This document shows, in pieces, positions 10,630-23,762 of a stretch of DNA of 64,000 nt. The notes beneath the pieces were generated by a model that had not been told where the DNA came from, did not search any database, and was given only the letters and a program-made list of their open reading frames with translations. Within the stretch, counting starts at the first letter, position 1. Each line of letters opens with the position of its first letter. Made by a program: the position numbers and the translations under genes. Source of the stretch: Rhizodiscina lignyota (lineage: Eukaryota); the NCBI GenBank assembly GCA_010015805.1, contig ML978129.1, forward strand, positions 930,001 through 994,000, given 5' to 3'.

Positions 10630-13600
10630 ATGCCTCGCGGTCGAGGTGAGCAGACTGGACATCCTGCGCGCCTAAATATCCCTGAGGCGTCGTGTTTCGT
10701 CACACGGTCGAATCAATGCTAACCCTGCCTGTCCTCCATAGTTCTCTCGTTCATGTCCCAGTGGGGATCCCATGTACCAAATTTTGGCTCTGAGCCTACA
10801 AGCCCTCCCTCTCCTACGCCGGGAGCCAGCGAGTCAGACAAGGCAGCAAACGTCACATCCACTCCGATGGCCGCGTCTTCTGCCACCCAGCTCGATGACA
10901 TTTCCAGAAACTCGCCTACTCCAGGCCGCTACAGATCGGACTCGCGCCAGTCTTCGCGGCCTGCTTCGATGATTCAGACGTACCAGCCTCCGGTAATGGA
11001 GGTCGCGCAAGATACACTGCCGGAGCTCCAGCGAATCTTCACCTTCCTGAACAGCCATTCCAACAAGCTGTACCAGGAGGGCTACTTCCTCAAGCTCCAC
11101 GATCTTGACACACGTACGTCGCGCGCAAACGTCTTGAAGGACACTCAAGCTGATATATGCCTAGGTGGGCGCCCAAGCACTGACCGCACATGGACGGAAT
11201 CATTCGCTCAGCTTGTGGGCACGATACTGTCCCTTTGGGACGCTGCACAGCTCGATACAGCTGGTGAGGATGGAGAAGTTGTGCCTACCTTCATCAACTT
11301 GGCCGATGCGTCTATCAAGATGGTATGCGAGCCACGGTAAGAAAACAGCAGCATCGTTGCTAACGTTTCTTCAGATCGAGTCACTGCCAATGAATGGTCA
11401 AGGAGGCCAGACGCTGCAAAATGTGCTCAGCATCTCCACTGCGGCAAACAATCGCTATCTCCTTCACTTTAATTCTCTCAATTCTCTCACCCAATGGACA
11501 GCAGGCATTCGCCTGTCCATGTTTGAACACTCATCGTTGCAGGAAGCATATACCGGCTCTCTCATCGCCGGGAAGGGCAAAAACCTCAACAATATTCGCA
11601 CGATTATGGACAGGACCAAATTTATACAGGAAGATTGGGCTCGCGTCCGCTTTGGTGCTGGGACTCCTTGGAGACGGTGTTGGTATGTGATCACCCCACC
11701 CGACGAAAAGGAGTACCAGAAGCTCCAAAAGGCACAAAAGAAGCGCAACCCCTATGAGAAGCCGCCCGTGTTGAAAGGCACTATCAAGTTCTACGACTCC
11801 AACAAAGTGAAGAAGAAGACTAGGCCCATTGCAACGGTCACGGACGCCTACTCCGCTTATGCCATTTACCCGCAGTCAAAGCCTCTCATTGATCAGTCGA
11901 CGTTAGTCAAGGTGGAAGGTCAGATAACGATACACACTTCCCCGGAAACGAGGACCGAGGGGTTTGTCTTCGTGATGGCAGAGACCCATGCAGCAGTCTC
12001 AGGCTTCGAGATGATGCTTCGGTTCCTCTTTCCAATTTGGGATGTTTATAACCTCTACGGACGTCCAAACAAGCTCATTGCAGATCCAATTGATACTAAG
12101 GGCTTAATGTTCGCATTGCCTACCGACAGACGATACGGCTATCTCGAGATTCTCGACGTGGCTGGTCTTATCCACACTAAGGGGAGCCAGAACTGGAGCG
12201 AGAGGCAATGGCGAAACGAAATGAAAAATCTTACATCTACCCGAATGGCAACGGCAGGGGACGACATTCGCCCTGGTACTCGTACATCGAGCGTACGCAG
12301 TAGAATGAAGGGCAGCAGATCAAGTCTTCCTGGATCGCGAAATGGAGTCCGCTTCGGTGACGAGCCGGTGCAGTCGGAACCAACCTCCACTGGAGGATCT
12401 CCAGCACCAAGAGTGAGCTTCGATAGGCCCAATCGTTCGGACACTGTCCCAACAAATGGGTTCTCAGTGCATCGCCGCTCTCTCTCAGAGCAACTGAATG
12501 GCCTACGGAGTAATCAAAATGACTCCTCGTCTCAACTACCAGCATACAGCGCAAGCCCTACGGAAGGTTTCCAACCGCCTCCTCAACCTCCACCTCACCG
12601 TGAAGGGCCGTTTGCAGACCCACTAGATGTCCCTCCTCGTGACTATGACACTGCGTCTGAGGGCCGCGAAGGCTCTAGCCCAGAGTCAGAGGAAGCGCCA
12701 ATATCGAATCCAGAGGTTGAAGCCCTAGCAGTAACGACACCTCCGCCAGGTCCAGTCGCTGCACCACCCGGTTTCACCCATGGCCCCAGTCAGAGGCCAC
12801 TAGTAATGCCTCATGCATCTCAGCTGCGCGGCCAGGCTGCCATGGACGATGCAACGCTTTCACAAATAGTAGATGCGAACAGATCGGCAAACGTTGGCCA
12901 AGCTGCGGCTGGAGCAATGGCAGCATGGAATACTAACGGCAGACAATACCAATCAAACGGCTCCGCTGAGAATTTGGTCGACAGTTATCAGACGGGCCTC
13001 TCACCTGGAGATCAACAGGGTCGCCAGACATCGACAAGCCCAAGATATAGGCCAACAGCCTCCCGGCTTCCTACGATCCCAGCTTCGCCTTATATTGATC
13101 AGGCTGAGCCTTCTCCAAAACCATCATACTTTGAGCCTGCCGCTCCACCAGTTCCGGAGCATGGTGAGACACCAACGCCTCCCCCGCACAGTGCCCAATC
13201 AGCAGCTGGTGCAACGGCTCCGCCGGATTTGCAACGTTCTGGCAGCGGATTCGGCATTAACAGAAAGCCCGTGGGCGGTCGAGGTACGTCAACTGTACCG
13301 CGCGATGATGCATCAAATTCAAGCCTCGGGAGTCTGACAAGTGCGGTCATCGATCAGAGTTTAATTGACCAAATTGGCAATCTATCTGATGGTCGACCTT
13401 CTATAGAAGAGGCACGTGCTGGCGCCGAACGATCGCCTTCTCCCGAACAAGACCCTGATTATGCTAGCACTAGAAGTGCGGAGACAAATAAATCATCAAA
13501 CAAGTCAGTTGAGCGCCCTCGCCCTGGAGTCCTGCGGTCTATAGGTTCCGCCATCCCAACACCACAGGAACCTGTCGTCATCGGCGATACCACCTACGGT

Positions 13601-15043
13601 GTTGGCGAGAAGGCAGCGAAGCCCACGGCAGAGGACCCAGGCATTGACATTGATTTCGGTCGCACTTACGCCTTGACAACAGGATCGAGACCAGGGACTA
13701 GTGGTGGAATAACGGCTCACCCCGATCGTCATGTTGTCATTGAAACACCTCCTGGCATGTCGAATTCTCATGGCAGTGCAAACGATTCTTATTTCTCACG
13801 ACCAAAAGCAAGCCCAGGCTCTAACGGTTCCTCTGGGAGCTTGGACCAAGGCGAAGTGGTTGGTACTCGCAGTATCGCGTGGCAGCCTGGCCTTGCACAA
13901 CAGCCAGGCTCCATACCTCAATCACAGCAAACGCTCACAGCGGAGCAGTGGGTTCAGCAACGAGCAACTATGGCTTCGCAACCGAGAACACCAAATTACG
14001 GACACGCCCGCAACAAATCATCTGCTGGAAGCCTCAATCGGCTTGGTAGTGGTACTCCGCCTTTTCTGACTGCCACGGGTCAAACACCTCCGCTCAGTCG
14101 ACAAGGGTCGGGGGACTGGAGCCAACTATACCACCAGCGCAGACCAAGCCGAGAACTTCTTCAGGCTGGTGGTAGCAGGCCATCGTCGCGTGGATCGATC
14201 ATGAATCATGGTGCAGAGAGACCACCATCCCGCCCGTCTCCAATGCATACCCCCCTGATAGACAGGCCTTCGTCTCGCCATTCCATGCTCACGACAATGA
14301 CGCCACAGGTGGACCTTACGAAACTAACGGCACGTGAGCGAGAGCATGTGGCACGACTGACGGGTACGCCATTGCTTAACATGTCTGGAAATGAGCGGCC
14401 GCAGGTTCAAACTCGGCCGGCAGGACTCGTTGGAGCAATCGTAGCCAGAGACGAAGAGAAGGAGCTTACAAAGCAGGGTGCGAGAAGTGTTGCGGTGCAG
14501 CAAGCCATAAATTCTGCACTCATCCAGAAGCATCAATCGGAAATGGCGCATATGAGGCACAGCGTGGCCCTTGGCCAGTCAAACCAATGGCAGCAGATGC
14601 AGATGCAGATGCAAAGCCCAGCGGCTCAGCAAAGCATGTACTCGATACCTCAGCAACACCAGTCCACGCCTTCTCTTCTGCAGCAGCGTTCCTTCTCATT
14701 ACCGCAACAACAGCTCCAACCGCAGCAACTACAGCGCCCTAGCTCGATGCTCTTCAATGCAGGCGACCCCAGTCCGCCAATGACACCATTTGGGCAGATG
14801 GCTCCTCCGCCAGCAAATCCGTACGCCCCAGCTCAACAGCGACAAAGTATCCATGAGCTGCAACAGTACGTGAGGAATAATCCGATGCCGTATGGCGGAT
14901 CGGCAGGTGGTCAACAACAGAACAGCGGTCAAGGGTCCGATAGGAGACAGAGCATGATGAGCATGCGGAGTGCCAGCGCAGGGACGGTACCAATGTACCC
15001 AGGAGGAATGTACGGTCAGCCGCAGGAACCACAGTGGAACTAG
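10630..15043 (+). CDS. Skg3/Caf120-like PH-domain protein with long low-complexity, Gln-rich C-terminus
   Basis: Micro-exon MPRGR (10630-10645), intron 10646-10741, further introns ~11114-11164 and ~11322-11374. Motifs KLYQEGYFLKLHDLD, QLVGTILSLWDA, LQEAYTGSLIAGKG, WARVRFGAGTPWRRCW and AYAIYPQSKPLID. Confidence 0.88.
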
Positions 15044-15996
15044 TTACGAGATGTGCTTTTAGAGCCAAAAATTTCTTTTGTCTTTTTGTTTTTCACACAA
15101 ACATAGCGTGGTTGGGTAGGGTTTACTCAGGCATTGTACCAATTTTCCTCTCACACTCACCCCTAGCATTGGCATAGTTCGGCGCTCTTCTGGCATTTTG
15201 GGTGGGTTTCAAAGGGAGATGAGGCAGTGAATAGGAAGATGCGTAATGAGGAGGACGAGGGCTGCTCTGTCTATTATTGGCTCTGCTTGCTTAGTTTCGC
15301 AGTGCATATCGGATCACGGAGGGATGCTCTGCTTACGAGCTTTTTTGCTGGCGATGTAATCTTGTTTAGTTTAGAATAATATTGTGCTGCCCGACAAGTC
15401 ACTCTCACCCAAGATTGTTCAATATGCTGGCACCATTCGGAGCTCTTGGAGAGGGAATGCCATTCAATGTTGCACTTGTCAGCCACGTCTAAGGAATATG
15501 TTGCCGTCGATGCACAGTATCCGAAATCGGGACGCTATCATCTGCCTTCGAGAGTTTCTTCTTCTGTTAGCGGGTTTCTGATCCTTCATACGTCTCGATA
15601 CATGATTCGGGGCCTGGCTCTCTTTGCCACAATCTGCATTGTGACCGGAACAGATCCGTGCTGCTCCTGGACCCACATTATTTTGCTTCTGCAAATCATC
15701 GTGCGGGCACTTCACTTTCGGGCTCAGGTCACGATACAATACTCTGTCAGAGGGCTCATAGCCCGCCCTCGTGCAACAAGCACAGGGCACAAACGCAATT
15801 GGTGTGAAGATGACCCGAAGTACCGTTACATCATGCCCACATGAATGTGCACAGCGCGGCGAAAGAGGCCGAAATCTGATAGAAACAGCCGTAGGTTAAA
15901 ACTCTCGTTCTGCTCTTTCTCTTCTCTCTATCCAACAGTACTTGCACGGTAAGAGAAGGTCATGATAGTCGGCGGCATCCGCAACAGAGGCTCAAA

Positions 15997-17187
15997 ATGG
16001 TTTCGAAAATTGCGCTCCGATCTGCCGTTAGACTAGGAAGAGCTTGGAAGTCTGCCAATCCTGCCGCGACACGTCTCGCTCAATTAGAGGTCGGGAAGCG
16101 ATTCCGTGCCTCCGAGGCGGGTGTGGACGTTACGAATGTCACGATACCAAAGCCACTGAAGGCCTCGGAGGCTGGGTTCAGCGCGAGCCCGGTTGGGGAG
16201 AGACATGATACGCCGATTGTCGGTGCGGTAGGGGTTCAGACGAGGGCTGGGGAAGAGTTTGTGGGGAGAGGGCATTTTAGGGACTTTGATCTTGCGGGGG
16301 GAGTCTATATCGTTACTGGTACATATGATTTGCCTACGGCTATCTGCTTGGAGATTGCTGACAATGATAAACAGGCGGTGCTCGAGGCCTCGGTCTGTCG
16401 ATGGCAGAGGCTTTGGTAGAAGCTGGAGGCAAAGGTATACCTCCTGCCTGCCACTATGCAGCCATCCCAATACTAATGACACGAAGTATACTGCCTTGAT
16501 CGCCTTCCCAATCCGGACGAATCATTCCACGAAGCTCAGCAACGCGTACGTGGCCATAGCCCAACTGGCTCTCTGCATTACGGTCAGCTGGATGTCCGCG
16601 ACACGCCGTCGCTTGATAGCACTATCTCGTCTATCGCCGCACAGCACCACCGCCTTGACGGCATCGTCGCCGCTGCTGGAATCCAACAACTCTGTCCGGC
16701 CGTAGACTACTCCCCGGAGGATGCACGGCGTATGATTGACATTAACTTCAATGGGGTGATGATGACGGCCACGGCAGCCGGCCGGGCGATGCTGCAGCAC
16801 AAGAGTAGGGGTAGCATCGTGCTGATTGCGAGTATGAGCGGCATGATCGCGAACAAGGGCTTGATCTCCCCCGTGTACAACGCTTCGAAAGCGGCGGTCA
16901 TTCAACTCGCAAGGAATCTGGCTATGGAGTGGGGACGGAAGAGAGAGGATGGGAGTGGTGGAATTAGAGTGAACGCACTGAGTCCAGGTCATATTATGAC
17001 TCCAATGGTGAAGAAGAACTTTGAGGAAGTCGAAGGACTGAAGGACACGTGGGAGAAGGAGAATATGCTCGGACGGCTTAGTGCCCCTGAAGAGTTTAGA
17101 GGGGCTGGTGTGTTTTTGTTGAGTAGGGCAAGCAGTTTCATGACAGGGAATAATCTGGTAATCGATGGTGGACATACTGCATGGTGA
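15997..17187 (+). CDS. Short-chain dehydrogenase/reductase (D-arabinitol dehydrogenase / sorbose reductase-like) with presequence-like N-terminus
   Basis: Introns 16319-16374 and 16435-16486 restore VTGGARGLG and VYCLDR. Also IASMSG, catalytic YNASK, IRVNALSPG and ASSFMTG..LVIDGGHTAW. Confidence 0.9.
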
Positions 17188-17258
17188 GAGGAGGGACGTG
17201 GCTTGATATTGCAAGCGTTTATGCCGCTATGACCATGAGAGACGCTACTGTACAATAT

Positions 17259-18280
17259 TTACGAATTGAAGTTCTTCAGTGGTGGCATGAATCCAAGGCC
17301 TCCGCCACCTGTGCCTTTCACACTATGGTTTAATGAACTCCCGTCGACTTTTGCCTCTCCCTCACTCACTCCTCCAGCGCTCCGATCCATTACATGTTTC
17401 CTCAGCATCTTCAAAACATCGCTATCCTTCCACCTGGCCGGCACCGGCCTATATGCCGGCTTAAACGTACCGACCGTCTGGGCCCACTCTCCTGATCTCG
17501 GCTTCCCTTGTCTCCATGCATCTGTATCTGGCTCCTTTTGTTGCTGCGGTGCCTTGCCCTGCGCCTCCGGCGCTGCCATCTCTGGCCCAGCGCCTTCCGC
17601 ATTAACGAATGAAGTAGACGGCGTCTCCTGCGTCGCCCAGTAGTATATATCCCAATCGTTCTCGTCGAGGAAAAGATCGTACTGCTGCAATTGCGGCCGG
17701 GTCATGCTGCCGAGGTTTTCGTCGGCGAAGGTGGAGAGTAGGAGGTCACTTTCGAGGGTTCCCCTCTTGCGACTCTGATCTGTAATGGTGATAATTGTTA
17801 GCATAAGAACAGAGTGGGCGCGGGAAGGCAGTATAGCTCCATGAACGGACATAATAACCTTGCTCGCATCGTGCTGTCATCTTCGCCTGTCCGCCGCATA
17901 GGCTCGACTTTGAACGTGCCGCCTTCAATCTCGCCCACCTCCAGCTCGGCATTCTTCCCTGATGGAGGATTCTGCGTGCCGCCTGTCATGCGCTCTGTGT
18001 TCTCTGGGACCGAGTCTTTGGGGACGTAGTTTGGGTCGACGGAGGAGATCATCTCTGGAGGAGGCTTGTCTTTGCCGAGACTGGGCATCTCGTTGGCGAT
18101 TGTCGATGTCGTACTCGTTATATGTGGGTTGAGTGGCCTCTCCTTCTGTATCTTCCTGTGCTCTTCTGCGTTGTCATTTGCTCGTTCATTGAGCCCTGCT
18201 CTGAACGCTGAGGCAGAAAACGGCCGTGAGGAGACGAGAAATGTTCTCGAGGAACGGGCTAGAACTCTTGCGAGTGCCAT
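17259..18280 (-). CDS. SDH5: Succinate dehydrogenase assembly factor 2, mitochondrial
   Basis: Arg/Ser-rich presequence. Intron 17780-17850 yields [41 protein letters not shown], the Sdh5/SdhE signature. Confidence 0.95.
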
Positions 18281-18888
18281 GTTTGCTATGTATGGTGCAA
18301 TTGGTTCGAGAGGGGGGATGTAGATGCAAAGGTTCAGGAACGAGCGATGACCTCAAAGAGCTCTCCACTCCGATGACGTCTGTGCTGAGATTAGCGATCG
18401 ACCGCGGCTGCAAATCAACAATACCACAATAACAAAATGATTTTGCACACTCTTCTCTTCTTGATGAACATTGTATTACCATGGGCGTAATTATGAGAGA
18501 AATGGCGACTATAGCTATTCTCCCAGTCTCTCTGCCCGTTTCCAGTCGAGAGATATCCTCCAGACTTCGACGCGTTGTGTACGTGCCGAAATCACGAGAG
18601 CTACATGTTCCCGGCTCTCTGGCTACCTGAGGTCACTTCAAGTCTAACTAACTAAAGGCTTATTTTTGGTTGGAGCAATTTCTTCTCATCGTCGGGCTAT
18701 CTCCATTACCTTGTCTAATGGTGCACGTCGAAGTAGAATGATCGCATCTCGCGTTTCCGTTGCTCATGCTACTTTCCAGCTCCTTCCACCATCTTTGCAT
18801 GCTATTATCATGTCTGTCATCTCTGTCTGTCGAGACGCGATTTTTCATTGACTTTCTCAGAATAGGCGAGGAACGTAGAAAAGCGCTC

Positions 18889-20392
18889 ATGACCGTGCTT
18901 GCAAAAATTGAGACTCTGTCTGATGCCACAATCACAGAAGTTGAGCTTTCTCAAGACTGCGTTGATCCTGTTTGTGAAGCAAAAGCTCGAGCGTTGAACG
19001 ATGCTGTTCGGGTTTATTAATCCACAATGGGTCGCAGAACACTGACTTCTACAACAGATTCAAGAAATCGTTATGAGGCAGTACCAATGGCAGCTATCTG
19101 ATGTCGTCAGCTTCGGATAGGCAAATGACAATTTGTGGCCTATCGTCGTGCCTTTAATATGTAAGGGTAACATGAATCTTTAGTAGCTTCCATTTCGAAC
19201 GAATTCAAACCAGCTCAGCCGCCACTCCTGATTTTGGCGCAGAATATTGGGCTACTCGCCGGAGCAATCGTCTGAGGGTTGCAGCCGTCATATTTGGGGT
19301 CGTCGACAGGCTTTCAACCTTACTCTTGGTATTTCCGCTCTGTTTGCGCTTGTTGCTGCGGCGTCTCCCGAACTTGCTACCGTTGCCAGCTGTGCGGCGG
19401 CTTGGAGTTTTTGTTGTCGTTATGGGTGGTATCGCTATGGTCTAATTCCTGATACACTTGCTGTACTTCTCGGTATTTGAATCGCCCAAATTCTTGATGG
19501 GCAACGGTCGGGAGGAGGAGGCGGTGAGGATTGTGCACAAAGTCGAGCGTAAGAATGGCAAGACTTGTTCGTATAAGCTATTCTTCTTTCGTCCATTCTA
19601 TCACCCAGGATGCTGATGTATTTTCAGAGGCAATTGAAGATTTGGCGGCCTGCGGATGTCTCGAAAGTTCCCTCGAAAGAGCAGTACAGATGCTCTGAGG
19701 CCTAGTCTGCAAAAGCTCGGCATGGCACACACCAAAGCCCTCTTCGCTTCAAAAATGGTCGCGCTCTCTACATCTCTTATGATGCTTGTTTGGGCCTTGA
19801 CCGGGCTTGGATTTCTGTTGCATAATTCCTCTATCCCTTTCATCCTCGCGAGCAAGGGAGCAGAATTCGGCGACAGATCAACCAATATAACATACCGAAG
19901 CTCACTTATCATTGCTCTACTTGGCGTCCCAGGGGCGCTTCTAGGCGGTCTGCTTGTTGAGATACCGCGGTTCGGAAGGAAAGGCACGCTTGCAGCGGCG
20001 GCGACGCTTACAAGAATATTCCTATACGCATCGACGACGGCCAGAGCTCCACGCAATTACTGGGGTGGCAAGGGGCCTTCAACTTTTGCAGCAACATCAT
20101 GTTCGCCGTGCTCTACGCATATATTCCAGAGGTATTACCAACCAAGGACCGAGGAACTGGAAACGCATTGGCAGCGACTGCTAATCGTATCTTTGGTATT
20201 GTTTTTGGACGTCTCCGATTCATGGCAGATTCGAGGAAGTGGAATACTAATCTTTTCTCACAGCCCGTCATTACAATGTTTGCTAATCTTCGTACGCCCG
20301 CTCCGGTGTACATAAGTGGCGCATTATTCCTCACGGCGGCAATCTGCGTGGTGCTTCTTCCATTTGAATCTCGGGGAAGGGCAAGCTTATGA
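18889..20392 (+). pseudogene. Degenerate MFS (SV2-like sugar-transporter family) gene
   Basis: Fragments DPVCEAKARALNDA|IQEI..YQWQL..FG*ANDNLWP, AQNIGLLAGAIV*, GRRQAFNLTL, ESPKFLM..EEAVRIVHKV and LYAYIPEVLPTKDRGTGNALAATANRIFG. In-frame stops at 19118-19120 (TAG) and 19273-19275 (TGA), frameshifts and a missing central block. Confidence 0.85.
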
Positions 20393-21236
20393 GCTGGATG
20401 GCGGATCCCCAGAGGTCCACGGACTCTCCCCAGATATCGGGAGATATCGCTCTGCTCAATCTAGTCCCCCTTCCTTCCGATCTTCCGATGTCCGATGGGA
20501 TCCTTGCATCGCATCAAAGGTATTTGTGTGTTCGTCAGTATATAGAGCAAGTAACCGGGTCAAGTTAATTTCGCAGATGAATTGATCTCGTTGGGCTTCG
20601 TCGAGTGGCGAACAATATCACCAATTCAATTGACGCTGAATTATATATTCGTCCACATTACCAATCTCCGCCACGTCACGTGTGCGTGGACATCTTTGAT
20701 TCGTCCTCACCGACACCTGCAAGCTGCAATTGCGGCACCGGAACAGGCCAATTGGAAGAGGACAAGCAGAAGCAAACAGCTTTTCAGGCAGCTGCATCCC
20801 CAGAGAGCGTGAGTGGCCGCCACGCATTCTGAACAGCTCTCCGGCTGCCGTGTCTTCTTGCCCTCCTCTTCCCCATCAGCACACCACCTCCATCTCTTTT
20901 TCATCCACCCTCCATCACACTTCCATCGGGCCATCATCACAAGGCTCTCACCACCATGTCCTTGGTGCACGGCGCCTCGAAGAACCCTTGACAAACAGCC
21001 TCCCGCGTACGCTGCCATCCGCTACGATCTCGTTTTCTCGTCAGACCCACGCTCCCTCGGGACGGGCCCTGTGATGGTCAAGACTTATAGGCGAAAGCTC
21101 CGAAAAGCAGCGCTTATCCTTGTCTCACACTGCTAAAGCACGACCCAACACCCTCCGGCTGAATCCCCGGTTCAATTTACGAAGAGTGCGTACGACCTGA
21201 TCGACCGAAAAAAAAGTCCTTGGGATCTCGTCCACC

Positions 21237-22182
21237 ATGGCATCCCGCGAGATCACGGCCAACTGCGCAATCTGCAACCATCGGCCGAAGGACCCAGAAT
21301 CTGGGGACTGTCCATGCGAAACAAAGGCCCTGCGCAAGGCCATCGAGCAGGCGGAAAAGAAATGGCTCGACTCATGGATGGCTAGGATCCAGTAAGTCAC
21401 TCATTTTCGCCTCCAAAGCTTAATGCGATTCACGGTGCATGGTTCATCGCCGCAAGGCAATCAATATATTTTCGGCCCTACCCTTATATTGCTACCACAC
21501 CATCTATCCCGTCTTCACTTACCCCTAAACCTCAGCCTTACCCCACGAGCATCACCTGGTAGCCCCGCTAACTCCAGATTCCAGTGACTGGGTCACCAAT
21601 GCGGCCGTCCGATATATCACGACAACCTTTGCGGCCCTGAAGCAACGTCGCATCCAAGCGTATACCACCTACGTCCACTCTCTCCCATACTACCGCGAAT
21701 ACAGACAATGGCACGGCAGACCGCCTCTCCACGCCCCGGTCTTAGCACAACTCATCAGCCAACTCAAGGGAGCCGACACAGACCTTCAACGCGGCGTCAA
21801 CGACGATTGGCGAGCCTGCGTGCTCAAGTACCCTGAAGTGCTCGACTATTATTACAGTCAGGTCGAAATCAGCTTGCCGCGGGGCCCAGTTCCGCCTCCA
21901 TTTGGAGGACATGGTGCACCAGCGCCAAATAATGTAGCGTCACCATCTGCCTTCGCACCCCCCGGCGTAGAGCCAAAGAAGGGAAAGAAGGGAAGCGGTC
22001 GCTCGAGTGCACCTCCTGGGGCCTTTGCTGAAGAGATAGGCAGGAGCAAGAGCACAAGAGAGAGGCGACGAGACTCAAGAGATAGTGGGAGTTATATCGT
22101 GAGTGGGAGAGGCAGAGCACCTGTGGCACCCACGCCTCCTGTGGCTCCGTCATATCCTTACCAATTTGGAATTGGACCTTAG
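21237..22182 (+). CDS. Conserved-looking fungal hypothetical protein with N-terminal CxxC..CxC motif
   Basis: ATG in CACCATGG context. MASREITANCAIC..GDCPCE..EQAEKKW, then intron 21392-21584 (GTAAGT..CTAAC..CAG) joins in frame to DWVTNAA..DDWRACVLKYPEVLDYYY. Confidence 0.8.
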
Positions 22183-23305
22183 CTGCCTAGACAGCGTCGT
22201 CGCATCCACCGAGTTTTCTTTCATATGTTTTCATTTAAAGAGCAGTTAACGAGCTACGGCCATGCAGCATTGGGAATGGCGTTTGGTTTCAACGTCTAGC
22301 GACATGAAGAGAGACGCTCGTTTAACGAAGGCGACGTTGGTCTCGAAATTGATGCATCATAAGCGACGGCGTTTTTTGGGATTATCTTTCTTGGAACCTG
22401 TCACTTTACCCAATGATACCAGACTGCTACGGCGACGTTGAACTGGAGGAGGAAATCTTTGTTTTTTATCTAATAACTGTTTGCATTTAGCGATTTTAAT
22501 TTTGCTCGACGTCAACTCTACTCTAAGGACGTCTGGGAACGGCCTCTTACGTCTTATGTTCTCGGTGGATCGAATCAGATTGTTACCAATATTACTTTCG
22601 GGAAGGGAACCAAAAGCTGCGGAGAAGATTGTAGCGCACAAGCCTTACTTTCGTATTAGCTAGCTCCACTTCGAATATTACTTCTTTTGTAGTACCTTCC
22701 GCATAATATCAAGTCTCCTGGAGTGCTCACTCTGCGGATACTCGTTCCGCGAACCAATTGATCCAAACACCTCAGTCCATTCAAAGTTTGCATCTTTAAA
22801 GATATTGTTAGAACTTCTCCCATCGGAATATCGGAATATGAATGTGGTCTATTTGAAAAGGTGCTTTCCTTCTAACAAGTTGCTAATCGGGATAAAAAGG
22901 GATCCAACTTGAACATTTCCCTATTTCATTTTTTGTTCTGCTCTCCTAGCTATCTGTATTTTTAAAGAATTAAATTTCCTGTCTGGTCTCTACCTGAAAT
23001 TCATCGCTTTCTCTTCGAAATTCTGCCTGAGTAGCAGCTCCAAGCTCCGCGAGGTGTCGACGCTACAGCTTTCAGACACCAACAAATATCAAAGTCAAAG
23101 TTGAGATATCATCTAATACCATATATCTCAGCCTTTGAGCACCATATAGTTTCTAATAGGGAGGGATTCATTCGCCGGGGTTGGATTCGATTAAGCTTCA
23201 ATATCCATCGTCTCTACAAACGCCGCGCCCATGCTTCTAGACAGGTGATCTTAAACGCAATATGTACAGAGGACGTCCTGCTCATCCTTTAATTCCGATG
23301 TAGCT

Positions 23306-23762
23306 TTATAGCGCTGCAGCTGCTTGCACAGCTCCTGCTGCTTTGAAGATGCCAGGACTGGTTATGACGACTTCAACCGGATACTTCCATTCCATAAACT
23401 TTGCCCAACCTGTGGTAGAAGACCAGTTAGCTCCACAATTCAACCAATATTGCAAAATACATGTCTGCTATGTTTGGAATGAAGCACTGACCCCAATATG
23501 CTGCTTTCCTCCCGAAGTACTTTCCCAGATACGGCACCAACACCATCGTCAACAACAGCTCTAGTTGCTGCAAGCTTTCTCGCCATTCTCTCTCAGCGTC
23601 TGATTCTCCAGGATGGTCATCGTCGACAGAGTCGTCGGTTTCGGTGGATGGAAGGGAGTCGACCTCGTCCGAATTGCCGTTGTTAGGGTTGTCAGGCTGT
23701 GAAGTCGGGGGGGAAGGGTCACCGATGTGTGAGAAGGTAGTGGAATCGGCTGCGGAGGTCAT
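23306..23762 (-). CDS. MIM2: Mitochondrial import protein Mim2 (outer-membrane MIM complex)
   Basis: Acidic N-terminus, then SDAEREWRESLQQLELLLTMVLVPYLGKYFGRKAAYW. An intron at ~23411-23490 continues into GWAKFMEWKYPVEVV. Confidence 0.85.

Noticed and set aside
15479..15790. Minus-strand RILCIDG resembling the patatin N-terminal motif
   Set aside because: Lacks the following GGGxRG and any GxSxG; likely chance.
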